From positions 6,884,001 through 6,948,000 of the forward strand of contig CM052816.1 of assembly GCA_028534125.1 (NCBI GenBank): 64,000 nucleotides of DNA, written 5' to 3'. Below the pieces are notes generated by a model. It made no database searches. It was given only the letters and a program-made list of their open reading frames with translations, and was not told the DNA's origin. This DNA comes from Lama glama. Lineage: Eukaryota. A program made the position numbers and the translations under genes. Positions 26,885 to 39,900 of this stretch are shown in pieces. Every line of letters starts with the position of its first letter. Position 1 is the stretch's first letter.

Positions 26885-27287
26885 TCTCAGACAGGCTTCT
26901 CTACAGAAACAGAATCAAGAGCGTGTGCATATGTGTGTGTGTGTGTGTGTTTGTGTATAAAAAGATTTATTTTAAGGAATCGGCTCATAAAATTGTTGAG
27001 ACTGGCAAGTCCTCCATCTGTAGGGCAGGACAGCAGGCTGGAAACTCAGGCAGGAGTTGAGCTGCAGTCTTGAGACAGTTTCTTCCTCTCCCAGAAATGT
27101 CTTTGCTCTGAAGGCCTTCAATTAATTGGATGAAGCCCACTCACATTGCCAAAGGTAATCTCCTTTCCTTAAAGTCAACTGGTCATAGATGTTAACCACA
27201 TATATAAAATGCCCTCAGAGCAACACCTAGATCAGTAGTTCACTAAATAGCTGAGTACTTAGCCTAGCCGAGCTGATACATAAAACT
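26885..27287 (-). mobile_element. ERVL solo LTR (MLT2-like)
   Basis: 'agatttattttaaggaatcggctca', 'aggccttcaattaattggatgaagcccactcacatt' and 'gcaacacctagat' are MLT2 hallmarks. Confidence 0.85.
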
Positions 27288-27721
27288 CTCAAAGCAGGTC
27301 AGTACATCATCCTCCTCATAATTAATGAGAGCTCTACCCAGACTACCCCCCGAGATATTTCCTCCCTCTGCAGCCTTCCTCAGTTACAAAATGAGAAAAT
27401 TATTTCTCAGGTTCCTTCTAGCCACTGTAAACCTGACTTACTTCTCTCCTTCCAATCTGATGGAACCTAGAAATAGAGAAACTAGAAACACTGTAGTGCA
27501 GGTTCAGTATAATTCTGCCTTCTGTCTTTTAGGAGATAGCTATCACATGTTAATGAGTATCATGAAGAAAGTTAACAGTTGCTCAATCTCCATAGAACCA
27601 TTGTTCTCCTAAATCTTATCACCTTCTTTACACTGTTAGGAGAGGGGAGAATAAATATGGATCCTAGGAAGTTTGAGAGTGCTTATATTGAAACTTTCAA
27701 ACAAGTGCTTAATCAGTCTTT

Positions 27722-27782
<61 letters not shown>

Positions 27783-27783
27783 T
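27722..27783 (+). repeat. Compound (TG)n(AG)n microsatellite
   Basis: Read directly from sequence. Confidence 0.95.
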
Positions 27784-27980
27784 GACTCCAGTTGAAACTT
27801 AAAAGATAAACTGTAATTTAATCCCAAGAAAGTATACTAGCAATTAAAGTCATAATCTACTAGAGGTTAAGTACATAGAATAAACTGCATGAACTTGGTC
27901 AGTCTGCAGACTCTTTGAGGGCAGGGATCCCATTTCCCTTACTGATGGGTCCCTGGCCCTCATGTAGTACCTGGCACATA

Positions 27981-28260
27981 GCAATGCTCAGTAACTATTT
28001 GATGGGTGAGTGAATGATCTGCCATTTTCTGGCACTCAGTTCACTATACACACCTATTGATAGTGCATCAATGATTTAAAACTTGATTAATAAAAACGAC
28101 AAAGTTAGCAAGGAGTAATATGATTTATATTCTTGTCCTGGCTTGATTGCATTTTACTGCCCCATGACCTCTCATTCTCGGTTTCCTCCTCTTAAGAATA
28201 AGGAGTGTAACTGGAAGATTAGGACCATTCCAACTCCAAATGTCAATCATTCTACACCCC
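27981..28260 (+). repeat. Direct repeat copy 2 (about 95% identical to 9494-9769)
   Basis: Manual alignment. Confidence 0.95.
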
Positions 28261-28261
28261 G

Positions 28262-28761
28262 NNNNNNNNNNNNNNNNNNNNNNNNNNNNNNNNNNNNNNN
28301 NNNNNNNNNNNNNNNNNNNNNNNNNNNNNNNNNNNNNNNNNNNNNNNNNNNNNNNNNNNNNNNNNNNNNNNNNNNNNNNNNNNNNNNNNNNNNNNNNNNN
28401 NNNNNNNNNNNNNNNNNNNNNNNNNNNNNNNNNNNNNNNNNNNNNNNNNNNNNNNNNNNNNNNNNNNNNNNNNNNNNNNNNNNNNNNNNNNNNNNNNNNN
28501 NNNNNNNNNNNNNNNNNNNNNNNNNNNNNNNNNNNNNNNNNNNNNNNNNNNNNNNNNNNNNNNNNNNNNNNNNNNNNNNNNNNNNNNNNNNNNNNNNNNN
28601 NNNNNNNNNNNNNNNNNNNNNNNNNNNNNNNNNNNNNNNNNNNNNNNNNNNNNNNNNNNNNNNNNNNNNNNNNNNNNNNNNNNNNNNNNNNNNNNNNNNN
28701 NNNNNNNNNNNNNNNNNNNNNNNNNNNNNNNNNNNNNNNNNNNNNNNNNNNNNNNNNNNNN
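28262..28761. other. Assembly gap (500 N)
   Basis: Run of N. Confidence 1.
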
Positions 28762-30330
28762 ACTCAAAAAAGACAAATAGATTATAAGGAGTCAGAAAAT
28801 TCATTCATGTTATATAAAGCAACCAGAAGACTAACTAGAACTTCTCACACTAAGTGTAGGCAAAATTTTAAAAATAAAGAAGTATGGCAAGTACACAAAC
28901 ATACTATAGTAAAATATTAAAAGAATGGAAAGTTGTATACAAAAGACAGTTGAAGAATCGTATGTGGAAGAAAACGTGCTCCGTGAAACAGGAATGTCTC
29001 CATAAGTGCTTCAAACTACTTAAATTTTAGTAAGACTTAATAAAAAAAGAACTCAGATGCCAAATGATAAAAGAACAGAAAGAGATTAAATGGCTGATTA
29101 TATGGCTTTGGAAACAAATTAAGAGCCAAGGTACCATTATCATAAAACTGGTAAGTAAATTAGAAACAAAAGAAACCAGAAAGACATAGTTGTAACATAA
29201 ATTATTGACAAGGAACAAAGGTTTAATACAATTACAATGAAAGAAATAAAGAACAAAATCAAAACAATTACAAGACAATCAATATGGAGAACAAAGGTGA
29301 TCTAACTTAAAAAGATAACTGGTATCCCTGAAAAGATAGTCAACCATTAAAAGACAACATGGAGACAACCTAAATATCCATCAACAGATGACTGGATAAA
29401 GAAGCTGTGGTATATTTATACAGCTGAATACTACTCAGCCATAAGAAAGAACAAAATAATACTATTTTGCAGCAACATGGGTAAACCTGGAGATCATCAT
29501 TCTAAGTGAAGTAAGCCAGAAAGAGAAAGAAAAATACCATGATATCACTTACATGTGGAATCTAAAAACAAAAGACAAATGAACTTATTCACAAAACAGA
29601 AACAGACTCACAGACACAGAGAACAAACTTATGGTTACCAGCGGGGAAAGGGGGTGGGAAGTGATAAACTGGGAGTTCAAGATTTGCAGATACTAACTAC
29701 TACATATGTAATAGACAAATAATAAGTTTATACTGTATAGCATAGAGAACTATATTCAGTATCTTGTAGTAACCTATAATGAAAAAGAATGTGAAAACAA
29801 ATATAGGTATTTATATGTATGACTGAACACCAGTCTGCTATACACCAGAAACTGACACATTGTAAACTGACTATACTTCAATAAAAATAAAATAAACAAT
29901 AAAATAGAAATTATTACTGAAATGAAGAACTAAACCAGTATACTGAAAAAGCATACTATAGTAAAACAAAAATTGATACCAAAGTATCAAAACCCAGATG
30001 CTATGCATATGTATATATGCATACAGGCAAAATATTATATAAAATATGTATTTTATAACAGATAATATTATATAATATATATAATATACTTTATACATTT
30101 TTCTTCTATAAGGAAAAATAATCAAGCTCATCTAACAGTTCTTCCCAGCAACATCCACAACCAGAATTTAACACAAGGAATATGTACATAGTTCTAAGAG
30201 AAAGAAAATATGACCAAAGAATAATATATCCTACCTACTCATCTCTCAAGTATAAAGGCAATTTTTTTTAACATAGAAGAACTCAGGGAGTACAAAACCC
30301 CCATGTTCTCCTTGAGAAAAAATTAATGTA
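28762..30330 (+). mobile_element. Old, degraded L1 (ORF1-region-like)
   Basis: Very A-rich strand with motifs such as 'ggtatccctgaaaaga' and 'ccaaagaataatatatcct'. Confidence 0.5.
29355..29900 (+). mobile_element. Young L1 3' end nested in the old L1
   Basis: 'ccatcaacagatgactggataaagaagctgtgg...tgtaaactgactatacttcaataaaaataaa'. Confidence 0.9.
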
Positions 30331-30851
30331 AAGTTAAATTCAGTCAATAAAGACATGAATGGAGAATCCAGGCCCAATAATGGATCATTCCACGTCAGAA
30401 GATACTTCAGCAAGGTCTACAAAGTTCTGAGGGAACTGAAATGAATACACATTTGTTGATTGACTGACTGAATGACTGATGGACTTCACTCAGGTTAAGA
30501 ACAAATAAGCAACCTTAGAAGTTATCATTGGACTTGCCTTTGTAACTGGCAAAATATTTGGCGTGTCCTTCATGAATACATGACTCCATTCTGCTAAAAA
30601 AATTTTATTTCCCCCAAAACACAATTAGTCATACAGAACTGATTCCCCTGTAAGTCCTATTCTTTTCCATTCCCATGGTATTATTCATCTAATTCATCTC
30701 TCCCCAAAAGGTTCTGATCTGTATTTCTAAACCTTTTCTATATATAGCCATTATAAACAATTCAGCACTATATTTCCAGAGCTTTAAATATCTTCATATA
30801 TTTTGACCTAATAAATTCTCTTCTAGAAATTTGTGGTAAAAAATAATTCAA

Positions 30852-33549
30852 CCATCTCCCTGAGGCCCACAACCAGGAACTCCTACCTCCCCCAACTCTG
30901 AGAGGGGACAGTTTTCCAGACCATCAATTCATAATGCCCATGTAGGTAGCTATGGGACCCAAAACCCCCATGAATCAGCTCATGAATCTGGCATTTGTAG
31001 TATTTAACAGAGATAAGGTTAAAGAGACAAGAAGGATTCAGGGACAACAGGGAAATGCATAATTCTTAGAAGCAGCCCTAACCCCTGCACCACCTCAGGG
31101 TTACCCATCCTTTTGAAGACCCATGGTGAGGACAAGATTCAGGATGCCTGGATCAGAGACACTATCTTGCTGAGAAGGGACCTGCTTTAAGTGCGGCCAG
31201 GAGGGCCACTGGAAGGACAAATGCCTCCTATATGGGAAAAGCTCAGCAGGATCCTACCCAATATGCAAACGAGAAGGCCACTGGAAGCGGGACTGCCTCC
31301 AGCCCTGAAGGGGGCTTGGGGCTCCCAGTTGAGAGGACTGAAGACTGACAGGGCACTGGCTGACTGACACTCCCTGACTCCCAAAGGACACCTGGTCATC
31401 TCTTTGGAGGAGCCTTGGGTAACCCCTGACATGGCAGGTAGGAAAGTTATTTTCCTATTAGAATACGGGAGCTGCGTACTCTGCTAACTGATTTCCCTGG
31501 ATCCTTATCCTCCCAATCCTGTGTAATAATGGGGATCAATGGAAAGCCCTAAAACCAAGTGATTTATACCCCGCTTAGCTGCCTGCTAGAAAATTTTTCC
31601 TTTACCGATCAGTTTTGGCTCATGCCTGGGTGTTCCATCCCCTTGCTGGGAAGGGACTTTCTCACTAAATTCCAAACAATAGTCCAATTTGGGGACCCGC
31701 ACAAAAAGGACACCTGCCCAGGTAAAAATCACTGCTCTTGGCCCTGGAAGCCTGCCTCAGGACCAAGCCAGAGGAGGTCTCCATTCCACCTCATGTTGTT
31801 TCTCAAGGGAACCCTGCTGTCTCGAACAGTGAGGTACCTGGCAGAGCTACTACTGTCAGGCTACCATTAGAAATGAGACCACCTAGGGCTCTAGGCAAGC
31901 CTTTTGACATCAAAGGCTGAACTGAAGGCCATAATTAGAGAACTTCTCAAACCCAGAAAGGATCCTCAAAAGTGTTTGTAAATACATTTCCAAAATAGGA
32001 GGCCACCAGTCTGACTAAATGGAACATAGCTGATATTCGGAGCCTGATAGGAATTTTGGGGGTAAAACTTCTCCCCTAAGCTGAATGAGGGAAAAACAAA
32101 ATTGTCCTTATTTTACAAATCTAGTCTTTACAAGACCAGAGGTGTGGCTCCAGAAATAATGCAAAGCCCACCAATCCTTTTACCACTCCAAAACCCCCCT
32201 TACTTAAGAGACTTATAAGTATCTAGGAAAAAATTTTTTTCTGGCCTTAAGGAAACAAAGTCTTTCTGGGAGGAACTTGCCTTTTCTATGCCTTTGAGAT
32301 GTAAATTTCAAGAAAGGGGGTAAGTAATTTGGAACTTGACTTGTTAAGGACAACAGAAATCTTGTCTCTTTTCCATAAATATTAGTAAAAAGGTTTAGCC
32401 ATCTAGACAAGTGACCTTGATTTGTTCCATCTGCCAGAAACCCAATTTGAATACATCCTCTTGTAACTGGTGGGTTTTTACATTATTATATTCGATTCAT
32501 GGCTAAAATTTTGGAATGGAAGCTATGTAGTCTCTGTATTTTGTATTTTTGTGTGTCGAAGATGAATAGTACTGCCAAAATTAATTTGTAAAATAGCTCT
32601 ATTTAACTGGCTTAAAGGAATTTAAGTGCTTATATGAATACTCAGAAATATAAAAAAAACTTGCCAGAGTGAATTTCAGAGTGATCTGGAAAATACTCAG
32701 TATTAAATCCAAATGTGGTGTTGAAGTTCGTTGGCTTAATTAATATAGACATGTCTTCAGAGTCATCAATGTGAAGCATAACACTTCTGTTGTACCTAGG
32801 CTTATTAGAGATCAAATAAGATCTGCTGCAAATTTGTCAGCAAGGAAAGTAACTCAATGTGAAAAAAAACTTTCAAGGAAAGTAAATGTAAATGAGATAA
32901 GAGCTTTTAGGTAAACTCTTTGGGAATAGTCATGTTTTGGAAGTGTCTAAAATAGTCTCTCCAAATTTTGATACTTAAAACTAAGTTAAAGAAAACTAAC
33001 TATCTGTGTCATCTATAAAATACTGAAACATTAATTGCTAGGCAAGTATAAGTTTACCTATCTTTGCCTGCTTAGGAGAGGAAGACTAAAACTTAAGTTT
33101 CCAAACAGAATTTGGTATGTTAGGTTAAATATAATCAGTCATAATCCTAGTTACTGTAAACAAGTCTTTTTATCGATTACATTCAAATCAGGTGTTTAAC
33201 CACGGCTTTTAAGTCTTTTGTTGTTCATAGACAGTTATCTGTCTTTTGCACTCTAATGCTGTTGCAAAGGTAACTTCATCTTTAAGAAGATTCATAGAAA
33301 AGTCACAGAAGTTACAACAGTTGAATATCAAGATGATGGATGTGCGAGGATTCCAGCCCATACTGTCCTCGGACCTAGGAAACAAAAAGCTGTCCTGCCC
33401 CTGGGGCCCCTAGATTGGGCATTCAGAGATTTTTACTCCCTGGTAGGCAGTGCCAACACCCCTATTCAGCCCTGAAGTAGCTATAGAAGATGGATTACCA
33501 CCCCTCTGCACCCCCATAAGACTGTGGGAGTAAAACCTCTGAGGGGGAA
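30852..33549 (+). mobile_element. Class I (gamma-like) ERV internal remnant: gag end, protease, RT start, non-coding internal region, env-tail-like segment and PPT
   Basis: Gag CA end 'GPKTPMNQLMNLAFVVF'. Zinc knuckles CFKCGQEGHWKDKC (31183-31224) and YPICKREGHWKRDC (31255-31296). Frameshifted protease FLL-D-TGAAYS at about 31451-31481 and PLLGRD at 31640-31657. Polypurine tract gagggggaa at 33541-33549. Confidence 0.9.
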
Positions 33550-34005
33550 TGAGACAGGAGGGAAGCAGGCAGGACACAGTCATTAAAAGAATGACACAAC
33601 AATCAGCACCAAGGGGGCAGAAAAGTCAACTCCCAATAGACCCTGAGGCCCAAGATGGCAGGAGATTCCACCTATGGTGGACCTTTAGTTACATAATATA
33701 CGCTGTAATGTACTAGCATGGTGAATGACACACCCACAAGAGCCTTGACAGTTCTGAAGCTAAGCATGAAAGGTCAAAGAGAGGGTGATAGCCCAATCCC
33801 TGGGAATCCCCACCCCTTCCCCAAAGTGTTGGAATAATCCTCTCACTTGTTAGCATAGAAAAACTAGTAACACCACACCTCATGGTCACTTTCTCTTTCT
33901 TGCCTTCTGCAATAGCCTGCACTCTGTCTATGGAGTGTGTATCTACCTTTACTTTAACCTTTACTGTAAATACGCCACCCCACCAAGTACATCTCTCTAA
34001 ATACT
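33550..34005 (+). mobile_element. ERV 3' LTR, apparently lacking U5
   Basis: Begins with TG immediately after the PPT. LTR-like motifs 'gaatccccaccccttcccc', 'ggaataatcctctc' and 'cactctgtctatggagt'. Ends in an A-rich tract. Confidence 0.75.
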
Positions 34006-36089
34006 CAAAAAATAACAATAATTCAAGATACCGGCAAATATGTATGCTTATTATAGTATTTATAACAGCAAAATTTTATAAGCAATATAAATATCCCCAA
34101 TGAAATGATTAAATTATGGCATATAAAAAGATCATTAGAATTTTGAAAATAGTTCTGACATCAGAACATGAATACAATAGAATAATACCTCGAAAAATAA
34201 GGGCACAACAAATGAAGGTAAACATAAATGTGATAAGGTTCAAAATGTGTAAAAATATGAATATGAATATAAAAGGGAATGGAAAGAAATACTGATTTTC
34301 TCTGGGTTGTGGCTTTAAAAAATAATTTTATTGTTACTTTTACCAAAAAATAATTATTATGACAAAAAACTCATGGTATATAGTAAATACAAATTAGAGA
34401 AAAAATAGCCAGCTAAACTCCACTATTTCAATAAATTATCAGTAACATTAGGTGACCATAATTCTAGATATTTTGATACGTATATGACTGTGTATGTGTA
34501 TGTATATAATATGCACATAACTTAATAAAAATTATTGTAATACAGGGCTACCTTTAAAATGAAGTATAATAACTATGATTATACTCAAATTAAACAGAAA
34601 TAAATTAAGTAATTAGGAGGAACTATTAAACTATAGAAAACAGGATTTTTTTTAACTCCAAAAAATAGATCTCTTAAAATATCTCTCTTAATTAGGAAAA
34701 GTCTGAAAGATCATTTTCAAGCTACGACCCCTTTTTTTTTTTAACAATCATGTTTTAATTTTGGATAGTGTCATCTGAGTCTCTATAATAAAAATTCACA
34801 TTCTTACACTTTATTTTCCCCTTCCACATTCAAGTTTTTGTAGTTTCCTTATTTCACATTGTCAAGGTGTGTAATATTTCTATTATAATTTGTAATCATA
34901 ATTTCCAGTTACTTAGTCTTCATCCTCTATTTATGTTCACCACCTGTCCTTAACTGGACCTTCTTTATAGCCAACTACCTTCTTTTGATTCATGACTTCA
35001 GGCACTAGATTTTTTTTTTCCCAACAAGTACTCACAAATCTTCACTCCTTTCATTCAAACATACTTGAGATAATGAGACTGTTTGCATGTATACTCACAA
35101 GACAACCTGATTGAGTATTAGTTTGCTTCAATTGAGTTGTATTACTATGACCTAAAGTCTAAGTCTTATTATCCTCTCCCTAAAATTTTTGTCCACATCT
35201 AAGCCTTTTCACATATGAATTTCATAATTTATCAAGTGAGAACTTAATTCTCTGGATTTTACCTTTAAGGCTTGAGACGTGTCATTGCGTTGGGTCAGAG
35301 GAGGGTGTTATATTTTAGGTTCTGGGAATATAGTAATAACCAAGACAGACTAGGTTCCTTTTCTCAGCAAGCATGCATGATGAATGATAAAACGAAAAAG
35401 ACAAAAATAAAAAGCAAAACAGACTGGCAAAGGCTATGATGGGCATGATAACTGGCTATGCCATGAAACAGGAATTAGGAGACCAGGCTACTGGCATAAA
35501 CTTACTGTTTGTCCATGAGAAACACTTAACTTTCTCTGGGCCCTGGTTGATTCTCTAAAATAACAATATTAAACCAGGTTATATCTGAGATGATTTCACT
35601 GTTCACCAAAGTTCCTTCCACAATTTATTCAGGTGACTATCTTTCGCACTGAGTAGATAATTTAAAAGAGTCTTGCCTCAGTAGCGGGAATAAAAAGCCC
35701 TAGAATAAAAGTCACTCTGGTCTCATTAAACAAATCTTAAAAGTAAGACCTGAAAGAATCCAACTGTTTCTAAGTTACTTAACTATGTATCTTCCAAAAC
35801 AAAGCTCAAGAATATTTATGGGACTACAAAAAGTATTCAGCACCTAACAAAGTAAAATTCACAGCACCTGTCAGGCAATCAAAAACTACCAGGCATGCAA
35901 ATGAGCAGGAAAACATGAGCCATAATAAGCAGAAAAATTAACTAATCAAAAGCAACCCAATACTGACATAGCTGTTAGAATTAACAGACTAGCATACTGA
36001 AACATTGTAACTATATTCCATATGTGACAAGGCTAGAGGAAAAACTAAAAATGTTAGTAATATGAAAGAAAAATTTTAAAGACTAAAAT

Positions 36090-36201
36090 GAAAAAGAATA
36101 TGAAAACAAATATCTGTATGTATATGTCTGACTGAAACACTATGCTGTACCCCAGAAATTGACACAACATTGTAAACTGGCTGTAAGTCATTAAAATAAA
36201 A
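36090..36201 (+). mobile_element. Short young L1 3' end with a 13-bp TSD
   Basis: TSD taaagactaaaat at 36077-36089 and 36202-36214. Confidence 0.9.
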
Positions 36202-36502
36202 TAAAGACTAAAATCAAACTTCTAGAAATGAAAACTATAATTATAGTCTGAGATGAAAAATACACTGAATACAATAAAGGCAGATTAGGCATTGTAGAAG
36301 AAAATATTAGTAATTTTGTACGTCAGTAGCAACTACCCAGAATGAAACAGAGAAAAAAGATTCAAAAACAAAACGAACCTGAGGTGGCCTAACCTCCACG
36401 TATTGCAGGTTCTTGAAGGGGGGGGGCGCAGGTAGAGTAGACAAAATAATTTTGAAAAAATGGGCAAAATTTATCTGTATTTTATGAAAACTATAAACCC
36501 AC

Positions 36503-36947
36503 CATATTAATTTACAAAGGCTGCCAAAACAAAGTACCATAAACTGGGTGGCTTAGACAATAGAAATGTATTACCTTACAGTTCTGAAGGCCAGCATCTG
36601 AAATCAAGGTGTTAGCAGAGTGAATTCCTTCAGAGGACTCTGGGAAATAATCTGTTCCATACCTCTCCCCTGGTGTTTACTTACAATATTTGGTATTTGA
36701 CTCAAATAAGCATTACCCCAATCGCTGCCTTCATCTTCATATGTCATTTCCCCTATGTCTGTGTCCGTGTCCAAATTTCCCGTTTATAAGGACACTAGTC
36801 ATATTATATTAGGGTCCACCCTAATAACATCATCTTAGCTAATTACATCTTCAACAACCTTACTCCCAAAAAAGGTCAAATTCTGAGGTACTGGAGGTTA
36901 GAACTTCAACATATGAACTTTGGAGGTACACAATTTAACTCATAATA
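36503..36947 (-). mobile_element. MaLR solo LTR (MLT1A/B/C-like) inserted in the old L1
   Basis: 'ggctgccaaaacaaagtaccataaactgggtggctta...acttcaacatatgaactttgg'. Flanked by a 5-bp TSD cccac/cccat. Confidence 0.88.
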
Positions 36948-39900
36948 CCCATAGATCTAAGCTAAACAAACCCCAAGTATTAAAAGAACAATTAAGAAAA
37001 CTACATATAGGCAGATCAGAATCAAACTGCTCAAAACAATGATAAAAAGAAAAATCTTAAAAGCAGCCGAAGGAAAAAAAGAAACATTACATACACAGAC
37101 TCAGAAATAGGGATAACAGCAGATTTCTCCTCAGAAGCAATGCAACCAAGGCCACAGTGGATCAACAAGTTTAAAATAATGGGAAAACTATCAATCTAGA
37201 ATTTTACACCCAGCAAAAATATCTTCTAAAAATGAAGATGAAATAAAGACTTCCAGACATACAAAACCTGAAAAAATTTACCACAAGTAGGCTTGTCTTA
37301 CAAGATATGTTAAAGGAAGTCCTTCGGAGAGAAGGAAAGTAACAGTAAATAGCAGTATGGAGCTACATAAAAGAATAAAAGCACTGGAAATGGTGATAAT
37401 GTGGATAAGCATAGGAGATTTTTTTTGTATTATTTAAATCTCTTTAAACGACAACTGACTTTCCAAACAAAAATAATCATGGAGCTTAAAACAAGAGAAA
37501 ATAAAATATGTGACAATATTAGCACAAATTCTGGAAGGAGAGAAATGGAAGTATACTATTGTAAGGTTTGTATACCATATGGGAAGTAACATCGCCTCAC
37601 TTAAAGGTAGACTGTGATAAACTAAAAATGTATACTATTATCCCCAAAGAAACCTCAAAATAATAAAACAAAGAGTTATGCCTTACAAACCAATAAAGAT
37701 GTCATAAAACATAATTAATCCAAAAGAAGAAAAAAGAGAGAAGGGAGAATAACAAAGGGACAAACAAAAACACAAATAATAAGAAAGCATATTTAAACTT
37801 GACCATTAACAATAATCATATCAAAGGTAAACAGTCTAATAACTCCCCAATTAAACAGCAGCAATTGTCAGATTGGATAAAAAAGCAAGACCTGACTATA
37901 CACTGCCTATAAGAAACATCGTTAAATATAAAGATGCAAATGAATTAAAAGTATGGATAAAGATATATCATGCTAATATTAATCAAAAAAAACTTGGAGA
38001 AACCATTAAAATCAGATCAAATATATCCTAGAGCAAAGAACATTACCGGGGATAAAGAAAATCACTTTAAAATGATAAAGGTATAGAGTCATTAAGAAAA
38101 CACAACAGTTCTAAATGTTTATGCACTTAATAACAGAGCTTCAAAACGCATGAAGCAAAAACTGCTAGAACAGCAAGGAGAAATAGATAAACACACAACT
38201 ATAGTCAGAGATTTCAAAATTCTTATTAAAATTACCCAATAACTGAAAGAACAAGTAGGCTGAAAACCAGTAAGGATATAGAAGAAGACTTAAACAAAAC
38301 TATCAAACAAGTCAACCTAATTGACATTTACAGAACGTTCTACCCCAAAACAGCAAAACTGTGTTCTATTCAAGTGCACACAGAATATTTTTCAACATAC
38401 AGCATGCTGGGCCATTAAAAAAAAAGTCACAATAAATTTTAAAGAATTTAAGTCATATAAGGAGTATTCTCTAATTAGAAATCAGTAACAGAAATATATC
38501 TGAAAAATACCAAAATATCTAGAAACTAATCAAAATGCTTCTAAACAATCCATGTCAAATATGAAATCAAAATGGAAATTAGCTATTACATATAAAGATG
38601 CCATGACGTATTTGAACTGAATGTGGTTGAAAACACAACAAATCCAAATTTATACAACGCCACTAAAGCAACACTGAGAGGGAAATGTATAGCATTAAAT
38701 CTCTATACTAGTAAAGGAGAAACTTAATTATCTCAATTTCCAACAGAAAAGAGATAATAAAGACCACAGCAGAAATCAATGAAATAGAAGACAGAAAAAC
38801 AATAGAGAAAAATCAATAAAATCACAAACTGGTTCTTTACAAAGATTAATAAAACTGATAAACTCCTAGCATGACTGATCAACAAGAAAGAACTCACAAA
38901 TTACCAAAATCGGAAATGAGAACAGTGATACCATCATAGATTCATTCTACAGATATTAAAAAGAAAATAGGGAATGTTATAACAGCTTTATGCCAATATA
39001 TTTGATCATTTGGATGAAATAAGCAAATTCCTTGAAAGATACAAACTACCAATGCTTATTCAAAAAGAAATTAAAAAGCTAAATTACCATGCATCTCTTA
39101 AATATAGTAAATTTATAGTTAAAATATTCCCACAAAGAAACTTCCAGGCTCAGATGGCATCAATGGTAAATTCTACCAAACATTTTTAAAAAAAAACAAT
39201 ACCAGTTCTACACACTTTCAGAAAACTAAAGAAGGGGGAATACTTTCATTTTATCTTACAAGGCCAGCATTACTCTAATACCAAAACCAGAGACATACCA
39301 GGAAGGGAAACTACCAATCTCTCTCATGAACATAGGTGCAAAAATTCTAAACAAAATGTTAGCAAATCTAATCCAGTAACATATAAAAAGGATAATACAT
39401 CATGACCAAGAGAGACATGTCCTGGAAATACAAACATATGTCCATACAAAGACTTGTGCACAAATATTCATGGCAGTTTAATATGAGACAGCTAATAACT
39501 AGAAACAATACAAATGTCCAACAAAAGGTGAACTGACAAATTCCACGCAATGGATTACTACTACTCAGCATAAGAATGAATTATTGATGCACACACCAAC
39601 ATGGATGAATCTCAAAATAATTATACTGAAAGAAGCCAGGGCAAAAAAAAAAAAGTACATTACTTCATAATTCTATTTGTATAAAACTCTAGAAAATGCA
39701 AAGTAATCCACAGTGACAGAAAGCAAACTGCAGGTGCTTGGGGGTGAAGGAAGAGCGAGGCAGCACAAGAATAGGCAGAACAGAAGGACAAGATTAAAGG
39801 GGGCATAAGGAAACTTTCTGGGTGATACATATGTTCGTTATTTTAAATAAGGTGATGGTTTTATAGATGTGTACATACAGCAAAATACATCAGATTATAC

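Noticed and set aside
31559..31870. 103-aa ORF containing PLLGRD as a possible domesticated retroviral protease
   Set aside because: The catalytic DTG region upstream is frameshifted and followed by stops; this is a decayed ERV.
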